DNA of 64,000 nt from Robiginitomaculum sp. (GTDB lineage: Bacteria; Pseudomonadota; Alphaproteobacteria; Caulobacterales; Maricaulaceae). The stretch is from contig JAUZSF010000026.1 of assembly GCA_030949705.1 (NCBI GenBank), positions 53,210 to 117,209 of the forward strand, written 5' to 3'. Position 1 is the stretch's first letter. Every line of letters begins with the position of its first letter. The position numbers and the translations under genes are program-made. Positions 1 to 10,334 of this stretch are shown one piece after another. Under the pieces are notes generated by a model that saw only the letters and a program-made list of their open reading frames with translations, searched no databases and was not told where the DNA came from.

Positions 1-266
1 CCAATGCGGAAATGCCAACGGCCATGTTGGAAAAACTGGCCAATCCGGACGAGGCCGGGCGACAATTGCTGATCCAGGCGGCCCAAACGATGACCCTGAC
101 GGCCCGGGGCTACCACCGGGTCTTGCGCACGGCACGCACCATTGCCGACCTTGAAAACTGCGATGGGGTTCGCCGGGTTCATATTGCCGAGGCCTTGGGC
201 CTGCGCCGCCCGGTCCAGGCGGCAGATCAAACCGGCATTTCCATACCCGGCGTCAAGGTTTCCTAA
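1..266 (+). CDS. comM: YifB/ComM family Mg-chelatase-like ATPase, C-terminal end only (5' part lies outside the window)
   Basis: The frame of ORF 12..266 is open to the window edge. The tail LTARGYHRVLRTARTIADLENCDGVRRVHIAEALGLR matches the conserved C-terminus of this family. TAA at 264-266. Confidence 0.75.
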   Translation, partial: NAEMPTAMLEKLANPDEAGRQLLIQAAQTMTLTARGYHRVLRTARTIADLENCDGVRRVHIAEALGLRRPVQAADQTGISIPGVKVS

Positions 267-290
267 ACGTCCCTTTGTTATACCGCCCCC

Positions 291-1190
291 ATGGGATATA
301 CATTTGATACATACTTCACGCATATGAACGATTTGGCGGTTTGCCGGGATGCAGAGCGCCGTATCCTTAGCGTCAATCCGGCTTTCACCCGCATTTTCGG
401 CGGTGAACCCGAAGACTGGGTGGACCGTCGCTTTGATGGGGCCGTCTCCGGGGCGCAAATCGGCGCCTTTCATGACAACCGCGCCTATGGCCACGTGCTG
501 GCAGAGGGACGCACCTATTGGATTGAATGGGACGAAGCCCCCTTGCCCCAGGGCGGCTCGATCGCCATTGGCCGTATCAATGCAGACCGGCGAACATCGC
601 ACCGCGCCGCCGCTGCGCCCGAGCGGGACCGTCGGCGCAATAAAAGCTCGGTCATGGTGCCCGCCGACAATTTGAAAAAAAAAAAGGCCAAACCGGCACC
701 GCCACCGGCCAGCCTGTCGACCCCTGAAAACCCGGCAGAGACTGCCCCACCCCCGGCACCCGATCAAACCGCCCCGGTGCCAGCGGCCCCAACGCCCAGC
801 CACACCCGCATTCTTCTGGTCGAGGATGATCCCTTGAGCGCCAAACTGGCCATGGCCTTGCTGGGCCGGGAAAACTGTACCGTCATCCATGTTACGGATG
901 GCAATGAAGCGCTGGATCTGGCCCGTACGCAAATTTTTGATCTGGTCTTTATGGACATGCGCATGCCCAAAATGGATGGGCCCAGTGCCTGCCGTGCCAT
1001 GCGGGCCCTGGGTGGGCCGTGGAAAGACATCCCCATTATTGCCCTGACCGCCAATGCCTTTGAGGAAGATCGCAAGGCCTGTCTGGCCGCCGGCATGACC
1101 GGCTTTGTGACCAAACCCATTGATGCCCAAACCCTGTTGGCCGTACGACAGCGCTGGACCTTGGATGAAAAGCAGGCGAAACTCGCATAA
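291..1190 (+). CDS. Response regulator with N-terminal PAS-like domain, Pro/Ala/Lys-rich linker and C-terminal CheY-like receiver domain
   Basis: The C-terminal RILLVEDDPLSAKLA...FDLVFMDMRMPKMDG...IIALTANAF...GMTGFVTKP is a canonical REC domain. The N-terminal ILSVNPAFTRIFGGEPEDWVDRRF resembles a PAS core. Confidence 0.8.
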   Translation: MGYTFDTYFTHMNDLAVCRDAERRILSVNPAFTRIFGGEPEDWVDRRFDGAVSGAQIGAFHDNRAYGHVLAEGRTYWIEWDEAPLPQGGSIAIGRINADRRTSHRAAAAPERDRRRNKSSVMVPADNLKKKKAKPAPPPASLSTPENPAETAPPPAPDQTAPVPAAPTPSHTRILLVEDDPLSAKLAMALLGRENCTVIHVTDGNEALDLARTQIFDLVFMDMRMPKMDGPSACRAMRALGGPWKDIPIIALTANAFEEDRKACLAAGMTGFVTKPIDAQTLLAVRQRWTLDEKQAKLA

Positions 1191-1214
1191 GTTTTCTCTT
1201 GTTCAGGCCAATTC

Positions 1215-2576
1215 ATGTCTTCCCAAAGCTCCTCTGACGCGCGCCCATCGCTTAAACAGTCTCTATCCATGCTGGGTTGGCGACGATCTTTGGTCATGCT
1301 CGCTTTGGGTTTTTCGGCAGGTCTGCCGATCTTGCTGGTGTTTTCCACCCTGTCGGCCTGGTTGCGCTATGAAGGGGTCAGCCGTTCGGCCATTGGCTTT
1401 TTTGCCTGGGCGGGACTGGCCTATACTTTCAAATTTCTTTGGGCACCGCTGGTGGACCGACTGCCGATCCCGTTTTTAACCCGCCGACTGGGGCGACGCC
1501 GCTCGTGGATGCTGGTCGCACAAATCGTGCTTTTTGGCGCCATTGCCTTTGCCTCGACCACCAATCCCGGCCAAAATCTTTTGCCCGTGGCATTGATCAC
1601 GGTGGTGATCGCCTTTGCCTCGGCCACCCAGGATATTGCACTGGATGCCTGGCGCATTGATGTGGCCCGCGTCGAGGATCAGGCTTTGCTGGCAGCCATT
1701 TATCAATGGGGGTATCGCTTTGGCATGATTGCGGCAGGCTTTGGCGTATTGGCCATGGCCGCGGCCCATGACTTTCATTTTTCCTATCGGGTGCTGGCGC
1801 TTATGATGCTGGTGGGGCCGATCGGGGTATTCTTTGCGCCCGAACCCAAACCGGCCGAACCAAAGAGCGGCGGCGTGGATATTGTGCACAAAATTGCCGG
1901 TCATAGTGCTATTGGCGAGGCCACAACCTGGCTGTACACGGCGGTCATCGCGCCCTTTGCCGATTTTGTACAGCGTTATCGCGGTCTGGCCTTTTTCATA
2001 CTGGCCCTGATCGGTCTGTACCGGCTGACCGATTTTGTGATGGGGTTCATGGCCAATCCGTTTTATCTGGATATGGGATATACGTTGGGGCAGATCGCCA
2101 CCATTTCCAAATTTTACGGCATCTGGGTGATGCTGGCCGGGGCTTTGCTGGCCGGAATTGCCGCCAATCGCTGGGGTGTTTATCCGGTTCTTCTGGCCGG
2201 GGCCATTTTGGGCGCGGGGTCAAACCTGGGCTTTGCCTGGCTGGCCCTGCAAGAGCCCCAGACCACCAAGCTGATCGCGGCGATCACGCTGGAAAATCTT
2301 TCTGCGGGCTGGGCCGGTACGGCGCTGATCGCCTATATGTCCAGTCTGACCAACCGGGCCTTTTCAGCCACCCAATACGCACTGTTCAGCTCATTCTATG
2401 CCTTGCCGGGCAAGCTGTTTGGCGGGTTTTCCGGCATGATGGTGGACAAGCTGGGCTATCCTTTGTTTTTCGTCACCACCGCGGTGATTGGCATACCGGC
2501 GATTCTTTTTGTGTTGTTGGCCATGCGCTGGACCGCGGTGCGGGCGCTGGCCAGTGCCAAACCAAAAATCACGTAA
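1215..2576 (+). CDS. ampG: AmpG-family muropeptide MFS permease
   Basis: 453-aa polytopic ORF. LSAWLRYEGVSRSAIGFFAWAGLAYTFKFLWAPLVDR and ATQDIALDAWRID are AmpG-type motifs. Confidence 0.8.
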   Translation: MSSQSSSDARPSLKQSLSMLGWRRSLVMLALGFSAGLPILLVFSTLSAWLRYEGVSRSAIGFFAWAGLAYTFKFLWAPLVDRLPIPFLTRRLGRRRSWMLVAQIVLFGAIAFASTTNPGQNLLPVALITVVIAFASATQDIALDAWRIDVARVEDQALLAAIYQWGYRFGMIAAGFGVLAMAAAHDFHFSYRVLALMMLVGPIGVFFAPEPKPAEPKSGGVDIVHKIAGHSAIGEATTWLYTAVIAPFADFVQRYRGLAFFILALIGLYRLTDFVMGFMANPFYLDMGYTLGQIATISKFYGIWVMLAGALLAGIAANRWGVYPVLLAGAILGAGSNLGFAWLALQEPQTTKLIAAITLENLSAGWAGTALIAYMSSLTNRAFSATQYALFSSFYALPGKLFGGFSGMMVDKLGYPLFFVTTAVIGIPAILFVLLAMRWTAVRALASAKPKIT

Positions 2577-2581
2577 AAACC

Positions 2582-4852
2582 TCAGTTGTCGCCGCTAAGG
2601 TCATAGGCGGCAATGGCCGCCATATTGACAATATCGGAAACCGTGGCCCCCAGACGACAGATCTGTACCGGGTTTTGCAGCCCGGTCAGCAAGGGACCGA
2701 TCACCGTATTATCGCCAATACTGGCCAGCAATTTGGTTGAGATCGACGCCGAATGCACCGCTGGCATGATCAGCACATTGGCCGGGCCGGTCAGGCGCGA
2801 GAACGGGAACAGGCGCTGGGTGGTCGGGTCCAGCGCCACATCGGCGGCCATTTCACCTTCATATTCAAAATCCAGATCATCCCGGGCATCCAGGATTTCC
2901 ACTGCCTCGCGGATTTTATTGCACCGCTCGCCCCCCGGATTGCCAAAGGTGGAATAGGCCAGAAAGGCCAGCCGCGGGGTAAAGCCCAGCCGCCGCACGG
3001 TGCGGGCGCTTTCAATGGCAATTTCCGCCAGATCCTCAGGGCCTGGAAATTCGGTCACATTGGTATCGGCGATAAACACCGTATGGCCTTTGGAAAGGGC
3101 GATCGACATGCCCATAATCCGGGCGCCGGGTTTGGGGTCGATGGCGCGCAGCACATCTTTGAGCGCAATATCATAATTGCGGGTAATGCCGGTTACCAGA
3201 CCATCGGCATCGCCCAGTGCCACCATACAGCTGGAGAAAATATTGCGGTCATTATTGATCAGGCGCTGTACATCGCGGGTCAGATACCCGCGCCGCTGCA
3301 GGCGTTTATAGAGATAATCAAAATAGTCCGGATTGCGATCCGACAACATGGCATTGCAGATCTCCAGATCGGTGCTTTCATCCAGCCCCACCAGCTTCAT
3401 ATTGCGCCGCACCTGTTGTTCACGGCCGATCAGTATGGCCTTGCCAAAGCCCTGGTTCTGAAAGGAAAAGGCGGCGCGGATCATGGCCGGCTCTTCGCCT
3501 TCGGCAAAGACAATGGTTTTGGGGTCATTGCGCACCACCCCATGGATGCGCTGGATCAGCCCCGCGGTGGGGTCAAGACGGCGCGCCAGCTGGTTCTGAT
3601 AGGCATCCATATCGCGTATGGGCTTGCGGGCCACACCACTGTCCATGGCCGCCTGAGCCACAAAGGGCGGCACAAAGGAAATCAGCCGCGGATCAAAAGG
3701 GGCAGGAATGATATATTCACGGCCAAAGCATGGCCGCGCCCCGTGATAAGCGGCGGCCACTTCATCGGGCACGTCTTCACGCGCCAGACCGGCCAGCGCA
3801 TGGGCGCAAGCCACTTTCATTTCTTCGTTTATAGTGCGCGCGCGCACGTCCAGCGCACCGCGGAAAATATAGGGAAAGCCCAGAACATTATTGACCTGAT
3901 TGGGATAATCGGACCGCCCGGTGGCCATAATGGCATCCCGGCGCACCGCCATCACCTCTTCAGGGGTGATCTCCGGATCCGGATTGGCCATGGCGAAAAT
4001 AATCGGCTGATCGGCCATGGATTTGACCATGTCCTGGGTAATTGCCCCGGCCGCCGACAGCCCCAGCACACAATCGACCCCCTCCATGGCTTCTTCCAGG
4101 GTCCGCAGGTCCGTATCGCGAGCATGCATGCGTTTCCACTGGTCCAGATCATCGCGATCCTTGTGCACCACCCCGTCCTGATCCACCACAATGGCGTTTT
4201 CGTCCTTGACCCCCAGGCTTTTGACCAGATTGAGCACGGACAAGCCGGCCGCCCCAGCCCCCACCAGCACCACTTTCAAGTCTTCCATTTTACGGCCCGT
4301 CAGATGCACCGCATTGATCAGGCCCGCCGAAGCAATAATGGCGGTGCCGTGCTGGTCATCATGAAACACCGGAATATCCAGAGCGTCGCGCAACTCACTT
4401 TCGATGATAAAACATTCGGGACTTTTGATATCTTCCAGATTGATCCCGCCAAAGGAATTGCCAAAGCGTTTGACGCATTCCACAAAGGGCGCAATCTCGG
4501 TTTCCTCGATCTCGATATCAATGCCATCCACATCGGCAAAGCGCTTGAACAGCACCGCCTTGCCCTCCATCACCGGCTTGGAGGCCGCCGGGCCAAGATT
4601 GCCAAGACCCAAGATCGCCGTGCCATTACTGACCACGGCAACGGTGTTGCCCTTGGCGGTATATTCGTAAACCAGATCCGGGTTTTTGGCGATTTCGCGA
4701 ACCGGCACCGCCACCCCCGGTGAATAGGCCATGGCCAGATCCCGCTGGGTCGACATGGGTTTTGAGGCCGCTATCTCGATCTTGCCGGGCTGAGGGTATT
4801 GATGAAAGGCCAGAACCTCTTCATCCGAAAACATATGTTTTTTACGCGCCAT
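2582..4852 (-). CDS. maeB: NADP-dependent malic enzyme (malic enzyme domain fused to a phosphate-acetyltransferase-like domain)
   Basis: ORF 2582..4912. Start placed at ATG 4852 (MARKKHMFSDEEVLAFHQYPQPGKIEI, GGAG about 11 nt upstream). Has the YSPGVA motif, the VLVGAGAAG dinucleotide loop and a long PTA-like C-terminal half. Confidence 0.9.
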   Translation of the reverse strand: MARKKHMFSDEEVLAFHQYPQPGKIEIAASKPMSTQRDLAMAYSPGVAVPVREIAKNPDLVYEYTAKGNTVAVVSNGTAILGLGNLGPAASKPVMEGKAVLFKRFADVDGIDIEIEETEIAPFVECVKRFGNSFGGINLEDIKSPECFIIESELRDALDIPVFHDDQHGTAIIASAGLINAVHLTGRKMEDLKVVLVGAGAAGLSVLNLVKSLGVKDENAIVVDQDGVVHKDRDDLDQWKRMHARDTDLRTLEEAMEGVDCVLGLSAAGAITQDMVKSMADQPIIFAMANPDPEITPEEVMAVRRDAIMATGRSDYPNQVNNVLGFPYIFRGALDVRARTINEEMKVACAHALAGLAREDVPDEVAAAYHGARPCFGREYIIPAPFDPRLISFVPPFVAQAAMDSGVARKPIRDMDAYQNQLARRLDPTAGLIQRIHGVVRNDPKTIVFAEGEEPAMIRAAFSFQNQGFGKAILIGREQQVRRNMKLVGLDESTDLEICNAMLSDRNPDYFDYLYKRLQRRGYLTRDVQRLINNDRNIFSSCMVALGDADGLVTGITRNYDIALKDVLRAIDPKPGARIMGMSIALSKGHTVFIADTNVTEFPGPEDLAEIAIESARTVRRLGFTPRLAFLAYSTFGNPGGERCNKIREAVEILDARDDLDFEYEGEMAADVALDPTTQRLFPFSRLTGPANVLIMPAVHSASISTKLLASIGDNTVIGPLLTGLQNPVQICRLGATVSDIVNMAAIAAYDLSGDN

Positions 4853-4953
4853 GACTGATTCGCTCCGATTCAGTAAGGCACCCACGTTAGGCGCAGCTGG
4901 TTTTGCACGCAATCATACTTGCGTCCAAAAAAACCGCCTCTAGTTTATGCACC

Positions 4954-7638
4954 ATGGTCAAAGCTAAAAAATCCGCGCCCACGCCTATGATGGCCCAGTA
5001 TCTGGCCATTAAGGAAAGCGTCCCTGATGCGCTGTTATTTTATCGCATGGGCGATTTTTACGAACTGTTTTTTGATGACGCCCGCGCCGCCTCGGCGACC
5101 TTAGGCATCGCCCTGACCAAACGAGGCAAACATCTGGGCGAAGATATTCCCATGTGCGGCGTGCCCGTGGCCGCGGCACAAACCTATTTGCCGCGCCTGA
5201 TCGCGCGCGGTCACCGGGTGGCCATTTGCGAACAGACCGAAGACCCCAAAGAGGCCAAAAAACGCGGCGCCAAGGCCGTGGTCCGCCGCGAGATTGTGCG
5301 CATTGTCACCCCCGGCACCCTGACCGAAGACAATCTGTTGGAGCCGCGCCAGGCCAGCCGGGTTTGCGCCCTGCACCGGGATGGCACCGGGGCATGGGGT
5401 CTGGCCTGGGCGGATATTTCCACCGGCGAGTTTTGTGCCAGCCAGACCGACCATCTGGGAGCCGAAGAATTGCTAAGCGCCCTTGGCCCCCGTGAAGTTC
5501 TGGTCCAGGACAGCGCAGATGCGAAGATACGCGAGCGCATAGACCTGGCACTGCCGGGTCTGGCCCCCACCCCCCTGCCCGCCAGCCATTTTCGCCCGCG
5601 CCAGCATTTATCCGCCCTGTGTGCCGCCTTCGGAGTCAGTTCGCTGGACGGTTTTGGTGATTTTTCCATGGCCGAAAAGGGGGCCATGTGTGCCCTGCAT
5701 ACCTATTTACAGATTACCCAGGCTGGCCAGCCCTCGCGTTTGGCACCGCCCGTGCATCTGGACCACAAAGGCTGGATGGCCATTGACCCGGCCACCCGCG
5801 GATCACTGGAATTGCTGACCACGCTGGCGGGCAAGAAAAAAGGCGCCCTGCTGGATAATCTGGATTGCACCTTGACCGCCGCGGGGGGGCGATTATTCGC
5901 CGACCGGCTGACCCGGCCATCACTGGATTTGCAGATCATGGCTCGCCGTCATGATGCCATTGCCTGGTTCACCGAAGAAAGAGGCATATTGGAAAAAGTG
6001 CGTACGGCCTTGCGCCATTGCCCGGACGGGGAACGGGCATTATCCCGCCTGACCCTGGGGCGCGGCGGGCCGCGGGATCTGGCCGCCATTGCACAGGTTT
6101 TGCAAAACGGGGAAACCTTGAACGCCATTTTTCCCACCTCGCCGCTTTCGGCCCCGCCCGAAGAGCTGGCCACCGCCTTGCAGGCCATATCCCTGGCCAA
6201 TGACAGTGCCGCCGGAGTGCTGGCCCGGGATCTGAAAAAGGCGTTGAATGCCGAATTGCCGCTTTATACCCGCGATGGCGGTTTTATCGCCAAAGGCTGG
6301 TCGGCGGCGCTGGATGAAACCCGCGCGCTGGGCCGCAATGCCCGCCAGGTGATTGCCCGCCTGCAAGCCGACTATGCACGTCTTTGCGATGTGGCGTCCC
6401 TGAAGATCAAGCACAATAATGTGCTGGGCTATTTTATCGAAGTGACCCCGCGCCACGCTGATAAATTCATGACCGAGCCACTCAGCACACAATTTACCCA
6501 TCGCCAGACCCTGGGCAGCGCGGTGCGCTTTACCACCAGCGAGCTGGCCGAGCTGGATGCCAAAATCGCCGGGGCCACCGAACGCGCCCACGCGCTGGAG
6601 CTAGAAATCTTTGCCGACTTTAACGCCCGTATCAATGATATGGCCGCCCAGATCCGCAGCCGCGCCGCCGCCCTAGCCGCCATTGATGTGGCCGCCAGCG
6701 CCGCCCATTGGGCCATGGTGCACAAGGCGGTGCGCCCCGTTTTGGTGGAAGAGCCGGTATTTGTCATCGAAGGGGGCCGCCACCCGGTGGTGGAAAGCGC
6801 GCTCAAGGCCGAGGGCGACACCCCCTTTACCGCCAATGATTGCGCCCTGGATGGCCGCGCCGAGACCCATCCGCGTCTGTGTTTTGTCACCGGGCCCAAC
6901 ATGGCCGGTAAATCCACCTTTTTGCGCCAAAACGCGCTGTTTGCCATCATGGCCCAGGCGGGATTGTTCATCCCGGCGCGGGCCGCACAAATCGGCGTGG
7001 TGGACCGGGTGTTCAGCCGGGTGGGCGCCGCCGATGATTTGGGCCGGGGGCGATCCACCTTTATGGCCGAAATGATCGAAACCGCGGCCATTCTTAATCA
7101 GGCCGGGCCACGGGCGCTGGTCATTCTGGACGAAATCGGCCGGGGCACCTCGACCTTTGACGGGCTGGCCATTGCCTGGGCGGTGGCCGAACATTTATAT
7201 CGGATCAACCAGTGCCGCGCCCTGTTTGCCACCCATTATCACGAACTGACAACCCTGACCGGTACGCTATCCGGGGCCGCCAATCTTTCCCTGCGCGCCC
7301 GCGAATGGGAAGGCGATCTGATCTTTTTGCACGAAGTGGTCAAAGGCGCGGCGGATCGGTCCTATGGCGTGCATGTGGCCCGCCTGGCGGGCCTGCCCGA
7401 TGCCGCCATTACCCGGGCCAGCGAAGTCCTGGAACGGCTGGAAAAAGGCAAATCCTATAAAAGCCCGGCTTTGAGTGATTTACCCCTGTTTCAGGCCCCG
7501 CAAAGTGCGCCAACACCGGCAAAACCATCACCAGCCTTAACAAGACTGCAGGAGCTGCGCCCCGACGATCTATCCCCCCGCGAAGCGCTGGATGCGCTGT
7601 ACCAGCTGAAAGACATGCTGGCCGAGGACGGCTCATGA
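4954..7638 (+). CDS. mutS: DNA mismatch repair protein MutS
   Basis: TPMMAQYLAIKE N-terminus, Walker A GPNMAGKSTFLRQ, DEIGRGTSTFDG, ATHYHELT. Start chosen at ATG 4954 within ORF 4903..7638. Confidence 0.95.
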   Translation: MVKAKKSAPTPMMAQYLAIKESVPDALLFYRMGDFYELFFDDARAASATLGIALTKRGKHLGEDIPMCGVPVAAAQTYLPRLIARGHRVAICEQTEDPKEAKKRGAKAVVRREIVRIVTPGTLTEDNLLEPRQASRVCALHRDGTGAWGLAWADISTGEFCASQTDHLGAEELLSALGPREVLVQDSADAKIRERIDLALPGLAPTPLPASHFRPRQHLSALCAAFGVSSLDGFGDFSMAEKGAMCALHTYLQITQAGQPSRLAPPVHLDHKGWMAIDPATRGSLELLTTLAGKKKGALLDNLDCTLTAAGGRLFADRLTRPSLDLQIMARRHDAIAWFTEERGILEKVRTALRHCPDGERALSRLTLGRGGPRDLAAIAQVLQNGETLNAIFPTSPLSAPPEELATALQAISLANDSAAGVLARDLKKALNAELPLYTRDGGFIAKGWSAALDETRALGRNARQVIARLQADYARLCDVASLKIKHNNVLGYFIEVTPRHADKFMTEPLSTQFTHRQTLGSAVRFTTSELAELDAKIAGATERAHALELEIFADFNARINDMAAQIRSRAAALAAIDVAASAAHWAMVHKAVRPVLVEEPVFVIEGGRHPVVESALKAEGDTPFTANDCALDGRAETHPRLCFVTGPNMAGKSTFLRQNALFAIMAQAGLFIPARAAQIGVVDRVFSRVGAADDLGRGRSTFMAEMIETAAILNQAGPRALVILDEIGRGTSTFDGLAIAWAVAEHLYRINQCRALFATHYHELTTLTGTLSGAANLSLRAREWEGDLIFLHEVVKGAADRSYGVHVARLAGLPDAAITRASEVLERLEKGKSYKSPALSDLPLFQAPQSAPTPAKPSPALTRLQELRPDDLSPREALDALYQLKDMLAEDGS

Positions 7639-10334
7639 GTGGGCACAAACCATCCTTAGAAAAACTGACAGCGATCCGCGAGGAAGGCCTGAAAAAGGCA
7701 AAGGAAATCCTGATCGACACTCGGGACGGCCTGTTGGCCGCCCGGGCGCTCAGCGCCACCCAGGATGATATTATCGTTTTGGCGTTTTCGGCGCTGAGCA
7801 CCTCCATACTTGAACATGATACCACGCTCAGCACCGCGCCCTTCTGTCTGTGTGCCACCGGTGGTTATGGCCGCGGCGAGCTGGCCCCGGGGTCCGATAT
7901 TGATCTGTTGCTGTTGCATGATGACAACCCGCCCGCGGCCCTGGAGACCGCCTATACGGATCTGTTATATCTGTTGTGGGATATGGGCTTGAAAGTCGGC
8001 CATGCCCTGCGCCAGCCGGAAGAGTGCGCCAAAATTGCCAAGGATGATCCGGTCAGCGCCGCCGCCATGATGGATGTGCGCATGCTGGTCGGCAATCCTG
8101 AACTGGCCAAAGACCTGCACCGCGCCCTGACCGCCAAAAGCACCGCCAAGGCGGATCGTGCCTTTATTGCCGCCAAGCTGGAAGAGCGGGACGAACGCCA
8201 TGTGCGCCAGGGCTCCACCCGTTATATGGTCGAGCCGAACATCAAGGAAGGCAAAGGAGGCTTGCGTGATTTGCAAACCCTCGGCTGGCTGGCGCGTCGG
8301 CTGGAACCCCAAAGCAAGACCACACGAGAGGCCTTGGCACACTTTTTGGATCGCCAAAGCCTGCGCCAGTATGATCAGGCCCTGCGCTTTATGTGGACGG
8401 TACGGTTCTGGCTACACCTGATCACCGGGCGCGCCGAAGAACGGCTCAGCTTTGATCTGCAACCCGAACTGGCCCGGGTAATGCAATATCGCGATACCCC
8501 GGCAGCGGAACGTCTGATGAAGGCCTATTTTTTAAAGGCGCGCGATGTGGGCATTATGACCCGAGTGTTTTGCGCCCATCTGGAAATGATTGCCGCCAAA
8601 CGGGCCCCGACCGGTCTTAGCCGGTTTTTCCCGCAACGCCGAAAGACCTTGAAAACCCGCGGCTTTGTCACCGAAGCCGGGCGGTTGGATTTTTATGCCA
8701 AAACCGTGGTGCGCAAAGACCCGATCAATCTGTTGCGCCTGTTTGAAACCGCCGACTCCATTGGCCGTGATATCCACCCGGACGCCTTGCGCACCGTGCG
8801 AAAAAATCTGTCACGCATCAATGGGGCGTTTCGCGAAGACCCGGCCGCCGCCGAGGTTTTTCTGAACTGCCTGCGCCAAAGCCGCGATCCGGAAACCCTG
8901 TTGCGCCTGATGAGCGAAAGCGGGGTATTGGGCCGTTATCTTCCAGAATTCGGGCATATTGTCGGGCGCACGCAATTTAACATGTACCACCGCTATACGG
9001 TGGATGAGCATACCCTGCGGGCCATTGGCATTTTGCATGATTTGCTGGCCAAATCCTCGAAAAACGGGCCCGAATGGGTGCCGCCCATCGCCCGGGCCGT
9101 GGAGAACCGTACCGTGCTGTATCTGGCCATGTTGTTGCATGATACCGGCAAGGGCAAAGGCGATCAGCAAATCGCCGGGGCGCAGGCCGCCAGGACCGCC
9201 TGTGAACGGCTGGGCCTTAGCGAGGATCAAACCCGTCAGGTAAGCTGGCTGGTGGGTAATCATTTGTTGATGAGCGATACCGCGCAACGGCGCGATCTGG
9301 GCGATCCGCAGACCATTTTGGATTTTGCCAAGATCGTCCAGACCCCGGAACGGCTGCGCCTGTTGCTGCTCTTGACCATTGCCGACATCAGTGCCGTGGG
9401 CCCAGAGGTATGGAATGGCTGGAAAGACCGTCTGTTGCACGAGCTGTTCGAAGCCACGGAAAGCCTGTTTCGCGGCAAAGCGGCCCGTAATCTGGAAACC
9501 CTGCAACAGGATGCGCAAAACCGTGCCGGGGTGGCACGTCAGGCATTTTTATCCAAATGCAAGGACAAGGCCTTTGCCCGGAAATGGGTCACGGCGTTAG
9601 GCCCCTCATATTGGACCGCTTTTGAAGAACAAACCATTATCCGCCAAGGTCTTTGGGTGGCCCAATTGGCCCGGAATGGCCAGCAAAGCGGCATCTTTTT
9701 AGAAGAACTTCCCTCCAACGCCAGCACGGTAATGCGGGTATTGGCCCCCGATGCACCGGGACTGTTTGCCAAAATCTGCGGCGCGGTGTGCATTGCCGGC
9801 GGCAATATCGCCGGGGCGCGGATTTTCACCACCGATGATGGCCGTGCCTTTGATGTGTTTTACATTCAGGACCGCGAGGGCCAGCCCTTTGGCCATGATA
9901 ACCCCCGCGCCCTGGAACGGTTAAAAACCCTGGCCGATGAAGTGCTGGGCGGCAAACCCTTGCCCAAGGCCCGCCCGGCGCGCACCTCGCGCCGGTCCAG
10001 CGCTTTTACGGTGGTTCCCTCGGTGGTTTTTGACAATGAGGCCTCGACCCACCAAAGCGTTATTGAAACCAGTGGTCGGGACCGGCAGGGCCTGTTGTAT
10101 GATCTGGCGCAGGTATTGTGGCAAAGCCGCCTCAGCATTCATTCGGCCCATATTGCCACCTATGGTGCCCGCGCGGTGGATGTCTTTTATGTTCACGAAC
10201 AGGACGGGCAGAAAATTACCAGCACCCGGCGGCGCAATGCTCTTGGGGCAAAATTAAGAGACATGCTGCAAGATCGCCATCAGGAAAATCCGGCGGGCAA
10301 TTTTGAACCGGCGGTGATGAGCGAGCGCCAATGA
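7635..10334 (+). CDS. glnD: [Protein-PII] uridylyltransferase / uridylyl-removing enzyme GlnD
   Basis: GGYGRGELAPGSDIDLLLL nucleotidyltransferase motif, HD domain (LLHDTGKG) and two C-terminal ACT-like segments. ATGA start/stop overlap with mutS. Confidence 0.93.
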   Translation: MSGHKPSLEKLTAIREEGLKKAKEILIDTRDGLLAARALSATQDDIIVLAFSALSTSILEHDTTLSTAPFCLCATGGYGRGELAPGSDIDLLLLHDDNPPAALETAYTDLLYLLWDMGLKVGHALRQPEECAKIAKDDPVSAAAMMDVRMLVGNPELAKDLHRALTAKSTAKADRAFIAAKLEERDERHVRQGSTRYMVEPNIKEGKGGLRDLQTLGWLARRLEPQSKTTREALAHFLDRQSLRQYDQALRFMWTVRFWLHLITGRAEERLSFDLQPELARVMQYRDTPAAERLMKAYFLKARDVGIMTRVFCAHLEMIAAKRAPTGLSRFFPQRRKTLKTRGFVTEAGRLDFYAKTVVRKDPINLLRLFETADSIGRDIHPDALRTVRKNLSRINGAFREDPAAAEVFLNCLRQSRDPETLLRLMSESGVLGRYLPEFGHIVGRTQFNMYHRYTVDEHTLRAIGILHDLLAKSSKNGPEWVPPIARAVENRTVLYLAMLLHDTGKGKGDQQIAGAQAARTACERLGLSEDQTRQVSWLVGNHLLMSDTAQRRDLGDPQTILDFAKIVQTPERLRLLLLLTIADISAVGPEVWNGWKDRLLHELFEATESLFRGKAARNLETLQQDAQNRAGVARQAFLSKCKDKAFARKWVTALGPSYWTAFEEQTIIRQGLWVAQLARNGQQSGIFLEELPSNASTVMRVLAPDAPGLFAKICGAVCIAGGNIAGARIFTTDDGRAFDVFYIQDREGQPFGHDNPRALERLKTLADEVLGGKPLPKARPARTSRRSSAFTVVPSVVFDNEASTHQSVIETSGRDRQGLLYDLAQVLWQSRLSIHSAHIATYGARAVDVFYVHEQDGQKITSTRRRNALGAKLRDMLQDRHQENPAGNFEPAVMSERQ

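Noticed and set aside
2753-4723. 656-aa ORF on the plus strand, opposite maeB
   Set aside because: The composition is typical of a shadow ORF in GC-rich DNA: Gly/Arg/His/Ala-rich, no recognisable motifs, and fully antisense to a strongly conserved gene.
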